Shown one piece after another: positions 37,803-46,443 of a DNA stretch of 64,000 nt. Source of the DNA: Candidatus Dormiibacterota bacterium (GTDB taxonomy: Bacteria; Chloroflexota; Dormibacteria; Aeolococcales; Bog-877); NCBI GenBank assembly GCA_049279335.1, contig JBAPNX010000007.1, positions 7,013 to 71,012 of the forward strand. Reading direction: 5' to 3'. The notes under the pieces are model-generated. The model saw only the letters and a program-made list of their open reading frames with translations, made no database searches and was not told the origin of the DNA. The position numbers were made by a program, and so were the translations under genes. How positions within the stretch are numbered: position 1 is the stretch's first letter; every line of letters starts with the position of its first letter.

Positions 37803-39794
37803 TCAGCTGCCCGGATGCCAGGCGATGCTGATGGCGATCCCCGCCACCAAAAGGAGGCCGAAGCTCGCGTGCAGCTGGGCCGTCTCGAGGTCGATCTTGG
37901 CGATAGCCCGCTGCTGCCCGGCGGCGCCCAGCTCGGAAGCGTTGAGGGCGCGCACTAAGAGTGGCAGGGAGAGCAGCGCCAGCAGGCTGAGACGGGGCAG
38001 GACACCGATCGCGACGGTTATCGCCAAGGCGATGAAGGCTCCTACCAGCAGGACCACGTAGAGGCGGTAGGCGAACCTGCGCCCAACCCGGATCGAGACC
38101 GTGCTGATCCCCGCCCGAGCGTCCTCGCCGATGTCGCGCCATTCGTTCCCGTGGAGGATGGCTGTGACCAGGAGCCCGATAGGAACGCTGACTGCGCCGG
38201 CCTCCCCGGAAAGGTGGCCGGTGATGGCGAAATAGGCTCCCAGCACCATCAGCGGACCCATCAGCAGGAAGACCAGGGGCAGACCAGCTGCCCGGTACTT
38301 GTACTGCAGTGGCGGCGCCGTGTAGCCCCAGCCCCCGATCAGGCCGACGGCTCCGATCACTGCCAGCGGCCAGCCGCGCACGGCGATCAGCACCACGCCT
38401 ATGAGGACTGCAATAAGGAATGCCGAGCCGGCTAGGACGAACGCCTCCCGCTCCCGGACCCTGCCGGTAAGCAGAGCCTGGCTTGCCCTCGGGGACGTGA
38501 TGGCATCAACTCCTTTGCGCACGTCATAGATCTCGTTGGTCACATTGGTGCCGACCTGGAGTAGCACTGCCCCGACCAGGACCAGGGCGAAAAGGGGCCA
38601 GCCGAACTGGTGGTGAACGGCCGCGAGGGCGGCAGCTGCCGAGACCGGCACCACCGAGGCGGTGAGGGCAAAGGGACGGGTGACCTCGACCCAGCCCCGA
38701 AGCCGGCGGACGAATCCAACGCCCTGGCCAGAGTCGATCGCCCGTCGCTGACGCGATCCGGGGGCCGTCCCCAAGGCCCCGGCCGAGCCATAAAGCACCG
38801 CCGCATCGAGCACGGCCTCCACCTGGGCATGCTCCTGAACCACCGGCTGCAGGACGGGAAGATCCATCCCAGCTTGGTTGAAGCGCTCGGCACCCGCTGC
38901 CACCTCCTCTCGGGTGCCGCAGAGCAGGAAGGCGTCCACCAGTTCGTCCGGGATCAGCTGGGCTGCACGGTGGTAGTCCTCGGCTCTCCAGGCGGCCATG
39001 ATCGGTCCGCGCAGGGCCGGGTCCATCCCGGCCCTGCGCATGGCGACGTCAGTCTGGACCGCGAGCATGTAGATGGCAAAGGGTTCGCGCTTAGCCCGAT
39101 CGAGGGCCGCACGGCGGCTGCTGTCGATGAGCGACAGCAGATAGCCCCCGATCGCGATCGAATCGGGATCCCGCCCGGCCGCGGTCGCCGCCGCCTTGAT
39201 CCGTCTAGATGCCAGCGCCACAGCCTCGATCGGCTCGGCCGGTCTGGCCAGATAGCCGTCAGCCACCCTTCCCGCCAGCTCGTGGAAGGCCCGGCGATAC
39301 CCCGCGGCCCACAGCGGTACCTGGTGCACCGGCGGGAACATTGGCTCGAGCTCAGGTACGCCTTGGGCTCCCAGAGCCAAGCGCTCACCTCGCCACAGCC
39401 GCCGCAGTTCGAGCATGGTCTGCTCGACTTTGGCTATCGCCGGCTCGGGCTGGTAGGGGATCCCCATCTGCGCTAGTCGCAGCGGCAGCGCGGTACCCAA
39501 GGCCAAGGTGATGCGTCCAGGAGCCAGGTCATCGAGGGCACTGATGGTCATAGCCAGCAGCACCGGGTGGCGGGTGCTGGGGTTGAGCGCACCCAGGCAG
39601 ATGCGCAGCCGCGGCACCGTGGTGGCGACCGCGGTGGCGTAGGTGACGGCATCTCGGGCGAAGTAGGACTCGTGGAACCAGAGCGAATCCACTCCAGCCC
39701 GCTCCGCCAGCTCGGCCTGGCGAATCGCATCGCGAACCTCACCCTGGGCGTTGAGTCCCAGACCGACCGGCCGCGCCAGCGAAGGCATCGTCAC
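37803..39794 (-). CDS. Fusion: luciferase-like (LLM, probable F420/flavin-dependent) oxidoreductase + MenA/UbiA-type polyprenyltransferase
   Basis: N-terminal ~330 aa LLM TIM-barrel; C-terminal 8-9 TM domain with 'NEIYDVRKGVD' (MenA N(D/E)xxDxxxGxD) and 'EWRDIGEDARAG' second Asp-rich motif. Confidence 0.7.
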   Translation of the reverse strand: MTMPSLARPVGLGLNAQGEVRDAIRQAELAERAGVDSLWFHESYFARDAVTYATAVATTVPRLRICLGALNPSTRHPVLLAMTISALDDLAPGRITLALGTALPLRLAQMGIPYQPEPAIAKVEQTMLELRRLWRGERLALGAQGVPELEPMFPPVHQVPLWAAGYRRAFHELAGRVADGYLARPAEPIEAVALASRRIKAAATAAGRDPDSIAIGGYLLSLIDSSRRAALDRAKREPFAIYMLAVQTDVAMRRAGMDPALRGPIMAAWRAEDYHRAAQLIPDELVDAFLLCGTREEVAAGAERFNQAGMDLPVLQPVVQEHAQVEAVLDAAVLYGSAGALGTAPGSRQRRAIDSGQGVGFVRRLRGWVEVTRPFALTASVVPVSAAAALAAVHHQFGWPLFALVLVGAVLLQVGTNVTNEIYDVRKGVDAITSPRASQALLTGRVREREAFVLAGSAFLIAVLIGVVLIAVRGWPLAVIGAVGLIGGWGYTAPPLQYKYRAAGLPLVFLLMGPLMVLGAYFAITGHLSGEAGAVSVPIGLLVTAILHGNEWRDIGEDARAGISTVSIRVGRRFAYRLYVVLLVGAFIALAITVAIGVLPRLSLLALLSLPLLVRALNASELGAAGQQRAIAKIDLETAQLHASFGLLLVAGIAISIAWHPGS

Positions 39795-39905
39795 CTCCTA
39801 CGGGAGCTCGGGTCCTTGCGTCTACAAGAAACCGCGGCTCCATGCCGTCGAGGTGAAGGGTAGTTGGTACAGGCCTCCGACTACCTGTCCCGCGAAGCTC
39901 CGGTC

Positions 39906-40550
39906 TCAGTCCAGGAACACCACCAGAGCGGTCCGGTCGTCGCGCTTGCGGGCAATCTCCACCAGCCTCTCCGCCGCGAGCTGGGGATTATATGCGCGAA
40001 CGGCCAATCCCAGCTCGGCCTCACTGAGGAGGTCGGGGGCGAAATCGCCGGTGATGCCGTCCGTCACCAACAGCAGTTTCTCCCTGGGCCCCAGTCGGAG
40101 GCGGCCCCGCTGAGGCGCCACCTGCCCGCCGCCACGACCGGAGCCTAGCCCAAGAGCGTTGAAGAGGACGTTGCCCTCGCCTTCGTCGACGGTGGCTTGC
40201 ACTGGGGCGAGGTCGTGCAAACTCTGGCGGTAGAGGCGGGAATCGCCAACCGATACATAGAAGAGATCGCTGCCCACGATCCGGGCCAGGGTCGCAGTGG
40301 TTGCCCCCAACTCCCTGTGCGCGATTTGCGCGTCCGCGCGCTCGCATCCCTCCACCAGCGCCTCCAGAGGTGGCAACCCGGCGGTGCGGCAGACCTTGGC
40401 GATGGTCTCCGCCGCCAGTTGTGCGGCCTCACCGCTGCGACGGTACTCACCCACGCCATCGAACACTCCGAACAGGCTGAGCTCGTGATCGATCAGGGAT
40501 CGATCCTGGTGATGGACTGGCCTTTCGGCTAATCCCACGCGAAGGTTCAA
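39906..40550 (-). CDS. PP2C-family Ser/Thr protein phosphatase
   Basis: 'FGVFDGVG', 'VGDSRLY', 'LLVTDGI' PP2C metal-binding motifs. Confidence 0.8.
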   Translation of the reverse strand: MNLRVGLAERPVHHQDRSLIDHELSLFGVFDGVGEYRRSGEAAQLAAETIAKVCRTAGLPPLEALVEGCERADAQIAHRELGATTATLARIVGSDLFYVSVGDSRLYRQSLHDLAPVQATVDEGEGNVLFNALGLGSGRGGGQVAPQRGRLRLGPREKLLLVTDGITGDFAPDLLSEAELGLAVRAYNPQLAAERLVEIARKRDDRTALVVFLD

Positions 40551-40807
40551 CGGTGTGCTCCTCTGCCCACCTCAGCCGGCCATTTTGCGCCGAAAGCCGA
40601 TGCCACCAGCCGGTGGACGGGTTCGAGTCGGCGCGAAGATCTGAGCAGTCCAAGCTACGACGTTGGCCGCAGGCAGAAGGAGATGACCGAACCGTCAGGC
40701 AACTTATCTATTGGCGCACAAACTGTTGCCGGTCCGTGACAGCCCCCGACGCTTTTGGTGGTAAACATTTCGCCTAGATAAGTCACCAAACGATACACGG
40801 AGCCACA

Positions 40808-41326
40808 ATGAAAGTCGGGGAAGGTCGGGGCTATCGCAGGAAGTTCGCGCTGGCAGCGTTGGCGGCAGTCATCGCCGCGGGTGGCATGGTTGCGTTCGCC
40901 TTCTTCACCGCGGCTGGAACGGGAACTGGCAATGGCGTCGTCGGAACCTCGACTGCATGGCTCGTCAGTTCATCGGCCCACACTGGCGGCCCACTCTATC
41001 CCGGGTCGGGGAGTGAGAGCATTCCCTTCACGGTCACCAACCAAAGCCCCGGCAACCAGGCACTGACTTCGATCACATCTGCCCTGACCACGGACGGCGC
41101 AGGTGGCGTCTATGACGTAAATACCAGCAGCTTCAACGATGCCTGCCTGGCGAGCTGGTTCACCGTGACCAATACCACTCCGACCCTCCCCGACGATCTC
41201 GCTGGCACTGCTCCTGGGCCGGCTGGGACTTACGGTGGCACAGCCACGCTCACCATGCAGGACTTTCCGATGAGCCAAAATGCCTGCCAGGGAGTCGATC
41301 CGCAGATCACCATCACCGTCAACTGA
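40808..41326 (+). CDS. Small secreted/anchored Cys-pair beta-rich protein (possible TasA/camelysin-like class), paralog 1
   Basis: RBS ACGGAG; N-terminal 'RRKFALAALAAVIAAGGMVAFAFFTAAGTG' signal/anchor, 'FTVTN' motif and two conserved Cys ('NDACLAS', 'NACQG'). Confidence 0.55.
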   Translation: MKVGEGRGYRRKFALAALAAVIAAGGMVAFAFFTAAGTGTGNGVVGTSTAWLVSSSAHTGGPLYPGSGSESIPFTVTNQSPGNQALTSITSALTTDGAGGVYDVNTSSFNDACLASWFTVTNTTPTLPDDLAGTAPGPAGTYGGTATLTMQDFPMSQNACQGVDPQITITVN

Positions 41327-41549
41327 CCTGCGGCCAAGGATCGAATTGATCGCGTGGGATGCGACAAGCCACTTCCCTGGCCCAGAGACCTGGGCCAACA
41401 AGCGTGAAGCGAATGGGTGTGGGCACGATGACGTGCAAGAGGTCGCCTACTCTTACATGTGCGCTGACCGTCGGTAGATCTGGACCGGCACTTCAGTGTG
41501 GGCGGGACTGGCCTGAGCCCCACTCTCGGCAGCTCAGGGCCGCTCCTCT

Positions 41550-42020
41550 GTGACATTGCTTCGCGTAAATCAGCAGCCACGGGCCTTGGGGATCCTGGAG
41601 AGGATCGCGCTAGCGCTTGGGGTTGGAGCAGCCATCTGGTTGGCCCTGGGCCTGACCAGGGCCACCAGTTTCACCATCAGCAGCACGGTCACCAGCTTGC
41701 CAGCATGTAGGTCGAGCGCTTTGTTCTACCCCGGCGTTCCCCGATGCCTGACGTACACGGTGACCAACCCCAATGCGTATCTGATCAAGATCACCCGGCT
41801 GTCGCTGGATCGGGTCGTGTCATCGGCAGCCTCCACTTGTCCTGCTTCCAATCTCGATCTCCGCAAGACCAATTTCTCTGGTGCGCTGACGGTGCCAGCA
41901 ACCGGAGCCAAAGCCACATCTGTTCCGATCAACATGCGCAACCAGGGGAATCAGGATCGATGTCGAGGCGCCGTGTTCCGTTTCACCTACACCGTCACGT
42001 TGCTGTACAGAACACCATGA
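41550..42020 (+). CDS. Small secreted/anchored Cys-pair protein, paralog 2
   Basis: Alignable with 40808-41326: 'LFYPGVPRCLTYTVTNPN' vs 'LYPGSGSESIPFTVTNQS'; conserved Cys pair; N-terminal TM. Confidence 0.5.
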   Translation: MTLLRVNQQPRALGILERIALALGVGAAIWLALGLTRATSFTISSTVTSLPACRSSALFYPGVPRCLTYTVTNPNAYLIKITRLSLDRVVSSAASTCPASNLDLRKTNFSGALTVPATGAKATSVPINMRNQGNQDRCRGAVFRFTYTVTLLYRTP

Positions 42021-42039
42021 GTCCCATCGGCGTTCCCAC

Positions 42040-45000
42040 ATGATGCCTTCTGGTCATCCCGATATGAGACTGCATCGGTGGCTAGGCCCACCGTTGCTCG
42101 GTGCGGCCTTCGTCTTGGCGGCAGGTGCTGTCATCGCCTTCTTCCTGGCTCTGGGCGTGGGCTTCGGCAGCGCCGCGGTGGGCACCCTCACCCCCCCGAC
42201 CGCTGTGACGGGAGCACAAACGGCCAATTCGACGGTCGACGTCAGTTGGACCGCTCCCAGTCCACTGCCACCGGGAGGCTCTCTCGACGGCTATTTTGTT
42301 GAGCGGTTTTTGGGCTCGACCCCAAGCAGTGCCTGCGGCAGCTCGCCGACTGCCCTGCTCGCCGGGTCGCTCACGAGCTGCAGCGACACTTCTGTCCCTG
42401 TTGGTACCTACACCTACAGGGTCACCGCCGTCTGGCGTTCATGGTCGGCGACCAGTAGCCCGAGCGGCTCAGTAGCGGTGCTGGCCGCATCCGCGAGCGG
42501 CCTGACGCCGGCGACGGGCACGGTGGGCTCCTCGGCCCAAATTACCGCCCAGCGCTTCGCGGCCAGCTCGGCGCTCACCGTCACCGTAGACGGTAGCGCC
42601 GCGGTCATAACCGCGGGGGGAACTACCGGCGCCAACGGGTCCTCGACGGTGACTTTCACCGTTCCGCCCGTTCCCAACGGCGCCGAGACGGTGATGGTGG
42701 CCGACTCCGCCGGGAACACGGCCACTTCCGCAACCAACTTCACGGTGAGCGCCTCGGCGACCGGCCTGAGTCCATCCACCGGCGCTGTGGGGTCCTCAGC
42801 TTCAATCCTCGCGCAGGGCTTTGCCGCCAACTCGGCCCTGAGTGTGAAGGTGGAGGGAACCGCCGCCACCATCACCGGCGGGGCCAGCACCGGAGCCAAC
42901 GGGTCCTCGACGGTGACATTCGTCCTTCCCGCAGTGCCTCATGGCGCCCAGAGCGTGGCGGTGACGGACGCCGCCGCGAACACCGCCACGTCGACCACGA
43001 ACTTCACCGTCACCGCCTCGGCTGCCAACCTGAGTCCGACCACTGGCAGCGTGGGCACGACCGGGGTCACGATCCTGGCTCAGGGCTTCGTCGCCAATCA
43101 CGCCCTCACCGTGAAGGTCAACGGCACCGCGGCCACGATCACTGCCGGAGGCACCACCGCCACCAACGGTGCGTCCACGGTGACGTTCACCATCCCGGCG
43201 GCGGCCAACGGCTCCGACAGCGTCGTCGTCTCCGATGGGACTAACTCAGCGACCTCAGCGACCAACTTCACAGTGACCGCCTCGGCCACAGCGCTCGCGC
43301 CGAGCAGTGGCGCGGTCGGCGCCTCGGCTACGATCACGGCTCAGGGCTTCGCCGCCAGCTCGGCGCTTGCGGTCACCGTTGGCGGCACCAGCGCCACCAT
43401 CACCTCGGGCGGCACCACCGGGGTTACCGGCTCAGCCACGGTGACCTTCACCATCCCCAGCCTCTTCAATGGCTCCTACGGCGTTGTGGTCACCGATTCC
43501 GCCTCCAACACGGCGACCTCGGCGACCAGCTTCACGCTGACCGCTTCGGCGACAGGACTCAGCCCGGCGACCGGCACCGTGGGAGCTTCCGCATCGATCC
43601 TGGCCCGAGGGTTCGCTCCCAGCTCGGCACTTACGGTCACCGTCGGCGGTACGAGCGCCACCATCACCGCGGGCGGTACCACCGGCGCCAACGGCGCCTC
43701 CACCGTCAACTTCACCATCCCAGCGATTCCGCATGGCGCGCAGTCCGTGGTGGTGACCGACGCCTCGTCCAACTCCGCGACCTCAGCGACCAACTTCACA
43801 GTGACCGCCTCGGCCACAGGGCTCGGCCCCACGGGTGGACCTGTGGGCACGACCGGTGTCACGATCCTGGCCCAGGGCTTCATCGCCAGTCATGCCCTCA
43901 CCGTGAAGGTCAACGGAACCGCGGCCACCATCAGCTCCGGTGGGACCAGCGGCACCAATGGGTCGTCCGCAGTCACCTTCACCATCCCGGTCGTGCCCAA
44001 CGGCGCCCAGGTGGTGACCGCCTCGGACGGCACCAATACGGCGACCTCGGCGACCAACTTCACGGTGTCTGCCTCGGCCAAGGGGCTCACTCCCGCCACG
44101 GGTGCCGTGGGAACTGCCGGAGTCAAGATCACAGCTCAGGGATTTGCCCCGAGTTCGGCCTTGACCGTCAGCGTAGGTGGGGTGAACGCCACTATCACCT
44201 CGGGTGGCACCACCGGTGCCACTGGCTCGGCCACGGTGAACTTCACCATCCCCGCGCTGCCCAATGGGCCCCAGACCGTGGTGGTGTCCGATGCCGCGGC
44301 CAACACTGCGACCTCAGCCACCAACTTCACGGTGAGCGCCTCGGCCACCGGACTCAGCCCGGCAAACGGGGTGGTGGGAGCCAGCGCGCAGATCACAGCC
44401 CAGGGATTTGCGGCCAGTTCCGTCTTGACGGTGACGGTGGGCGGGGTCTCCGCGACGATCACGTCCGGGGGAACCTCGGGAGCCAATGGGTCGTCCACCG
44501 TCAGCTTCGCCATTCCCACGGTGCCCCACGGGACCCAGAGCGTGGTGGTGACTGACGCCTCCTCCGACACGGCCACCTCGGGCACCAACTTCACGGTGAA
44601 TTCGTCGGCCACCGAGCTAAGCCCGTCCAGCGGAGTTGTGGGGACGACTGGAGTCACGATCCTGGCTCAGGGGTTCGTCGCCAGCCATGCGCTCACCGTC
44701 AAGGTCAACGGAACCGCGGCCACCATCACCTCTGGCGGTACCAGCGGCACTAACGGAGCCTCGATGGTGACCTTCACCATCCCCGCGGCTCCCAACGGTA
44801 CGGAGACCGTGATCGTCACCGACGGCTCCAACCCCGCCACTTCCGCCACCACCTTCACTATCTCTGCCACGGCCACTAACCTCAGCCCGAGCAGTGGCGC
44901 GATCGGGTCCAATGCCACCATCACAGCGCAAGGATTTGCGGCCACCTCGGCTCTCACGGTGACCGTCGGAGGCACCTCAGCAACCATTACTGCCGGAGGC

Positions 45001-46194
45001 ACGACCAATGCCAACGGGTCCGCGACGGTGACGTTCACCATCCCGGCCCTAACCCATGGCTCTTACAGCGTGGTGGTGTCCGACGCTTCGGCCGACACCG
45101 CCACCTCGGCGGCCAACTTCGCGGTGACCGCCTCAGCGACCAGCCTCAGCCCGGTCACCGGCGCCATCGGATCCTCGTCTTCAATCCTCGCCCAAGGCTT
45201 CGCTCCCGCATCGACCCTGACCGTGAACGTCGGTGGTACCGCCGCGACCATCACCGCCGGTGGTACAACCGGGGCCAACGGGACCTCCACGGTTTCCTTC
45301 ACCATTCCGACCTTGCCTCACGGTGCTCAGAGTGTCGTGGTGACGGATGCGTCGGCCAACACCGCCACCTCTGCGACCAGCTTCACTGTCACCGGCTCCG
45401 CAACCGGTCTCAGCCCGAGTAGCGGTCCGGTTGGCACGACTGGGGTAACCATCCTGGCTCAGGGTTTCGCGGCCAGCTCGGCCCTCACCGTGAAGGTGAA
45501 CGGGACCGTCGCAACCATCACCGCCGGTGGCACCACCTCAAGCAGCGGTGTCTCGACTGTGACCTTCACCATCCCGGCAGTCCCCCACGGCGCTCAGACC
45601 GTGTCAGTGACCGACGCCTCGGGCGACAGCGCCACCTCGCTGACCAGCTTCACCGTCTCCGCTGCCGCAACCAACCTCACGGTGACCAGCGGCAACGTGG
45701 GCACCTCCGGTGTCAAGATCACGGCCCAGGGCTTCGCAGTCAGCTCAGCTCTGACAGTGACCGTGGGCGGGACCAGTGCCACCATCGCCTCCGGGGGCAC
45801 CACTGGCGCTAATGGGTCGGCGACCGTGAGCTTCACCATCCCCGCCGTACCGAACGGCCCCCAGAGCGTGGTGGTGACGGATGCCTCTGGTAACAGCGCC
45901 AGCTCCGTGACCAACTTCACCGTAACCGCGTCGGCCACCGGACTTAGTCCGGCCAGCGGCGCCGTGGGCAGCTCCGCTCAAATCACCGCGCAGGGCTTCG
46001 CAGACGGCTCGACTCTGACGGTCACAGTGGGCGGGACGGCCGCCACCATCACCGCCGGCGGTACAACCGGCGCTAACGGCTCATCCCCGGTGACCTTTAC
46101 CATCCCAGCCCTCGCCAACGGCTCCTACACGGTGGTGGTGAGCGACGCCTCGGGCGACACTGCCACCTCGCCGAACAAGTTCACTGTTCCCTGA
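42040..46194 (+). CDS. Giant membrane-anchored surface protein: N-terminal TM, FN3-like domain, 14 tandem IPT/TIG-like (~94 aa) repeats
   Basis: 1384 aa; repeats with 'G..G...ITAQGF......V.VGG..A.I......G..TVTFT.P..P.G...V.V' IPT/TIG pattern; Ala/Thr/Ser/Gly-rich; three repeat subtypes cycling. Confidence 0.85.
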   Translation: MMPSGHPDMRLHRWLGPPLLGAAFVLAAGAVIAFFLALGVGFGSAAVGTLTPPTAVTGAQTANSTVDVSWTAPSPLPPGGSLDGYFVERFLGSTPSSACGSSPTALLAGSLTSCSDTSVPVGTYTYRVTAVWRSWSATSSPSGSVAVLAASASGLTPATGTVGSSAQITAQRFAASSALTVTVDGSAAVITAGGTTGANGSSTVTFTVPPVPNGAETVMVADSAGNTATSATNFTVSASATGLSPSTGAVGSSASILAQGFAANSALSVKVEGTAATITGGASTGANGSSTVTFVLPAVPHGAQSVAVTDAAANTATSTTNFTVTASAANLSPTTGSVGTTGVTILAQGFVANHALTVKVNGTAATITAGGTTATNGASTVTFTIPAAANGSDSVVVSDGTNSATSATNFTVTASATALAPSSGAVGASATITAQGFAASSALAVTVGGTSATITSGGTTGVTGSATVTFTIPSLFNGSYGVVVTDSASNTATSATSFTLTASATGLSPATGTVGASASILARGFAPSSALTVTVGGTSATITAGGTTGANGASTVNFTIPAIPHGAQSVVVTDASSNSATSATNFTVTASATGLGPTGGPVGTTGVTILAQGFIASHALTVKVNGTAATISSGGTSGTNGSSAVTFTIPVVPNGAQVVTASDGTNTATSATNFTVSASAKGLTPATGAVGTAGVKITAQGFAPSSALTVSVGGVNATITSGGTTGATGSATVNFTIPALPNGPQTVVVSDAAANTATSATNFTVSASATGLSPANGVVGASAQITAQGFAASSVLTVTVGGVSATITSGGTSGANGSSTVSFAIPTVPHGTQSVVVTDASSDTATSGTNFTVNSSATELSPSSGVVGTTGVTILAQGFVASHALTVKVNGTAATITSGGTSGTNGASMVTFTIPAAPNGTETVIVTDGSNPATSATTFTISATATNLSPSSGAIGSNATITAQGFAATSALTVTVGGTSATITAGGTTNANGSATVTFTIPALTHGSYSVVVSDASADTATSAANFAVTASATSLSPVTGAIGSSSSILAQGFAPASTLTVNVGGTAATITAGGTTGANGTSTVSFTIPTLPHGAQSVVVTDASANTATSATSFTVTGSATGLSPSSGPVGTTGVTILAQGFAASSALTVKVNGTVATITAGGTTSSSGVSTVTFTIPAVPHGAQTVSVTDASGDSATSLTSFTVSAAATNLTVTSGNVGTSGVKITAQGFAVSSALTVTVGGTSATIASGGTTGANGSATVSFTIPAVPNGPQSVVVTDASGNSASSVTNFTVTASATGLSPASGAVGSSAQITAQGFADGSTLTVTVGGTAATITAGGTTGANGSSPVTFTIPALANGSYTVVVSDASGDTATSPNKFTVP
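42460..46190 (+). repeat. Tandem coding repeats: ~282-bp unit x14, organised as an ~846-bp three-unit super-repeat
   Basis: Subtype order (TVTVGG / SVKVEG-or-TVTVGG / 'GVTILAQGFVA.HALTVKVNG') recurs about four times; many antisense ORFs in the track are repeat artefacts. Confidence 0.85.
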
Positions 46195-46354
46195 CGGACC
46201 GCCGCCCCCGCAGCTCAACCTGAGGCGTCTTAGGCAGCGCACCCGTTGTTTGGGCAGGACCGACCCTCGGAATCCTGCTGGACACGCTCATTTCTGCGCG
46301 CGATGAACGATCCACTCAGCGCTGAGCGCTTGGGCAACCTCAAAGGCGAAACTT

Positions 46355-46380
46355 ACTGACCTAATGGCGCGTTAGGTCAG
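46355..46380. promoter_or_regulatory. Perfect inverted repeat CTGACCTAA-tggcgcg-TTAGGTCAG between the giant gene and the next gene (terminator-like hairpin or operator)
   Basis: 9-bp arms with 7-nt loop; no clear U-tract. Confidence 0.35.
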
Positions 46381-46443
46381 GCGTGGCTGCGCCAGAGAGT
46401 GCGAGCATAACTGCGAATTCCGGCAAATTCCGTTCCGCGTAAT

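Noticed and set aside
37156-38142. Full 328-aa extent of the CPBP protease ORF
   Set aside because: The N-terminal ~150 aa overlap the 3' end of the LLM-MenA gene and are Arg/Gly/Pro-rich. Only the C-terminal ~200 aa with CPBP motifs are taken as real.
42414-45981. Series of 80-170-aa minus-strand ORFs inside the giant repeat gene
   Set aside because: Artefacts of the Ala/Val/Thr-rich repeat read in reverse (periodic PVVPP..VAEV translations); they have the same periodicity as the sense repeats.
42460-46190. Possible CRISPR array because of regular tandem repeats
   Set aside because: Repeats are ~282 bp, contiguous, without unique spacers, and maintain a long ORF with an Ig-like domain pattern: protein-coding tandem domains, not CRISPR.
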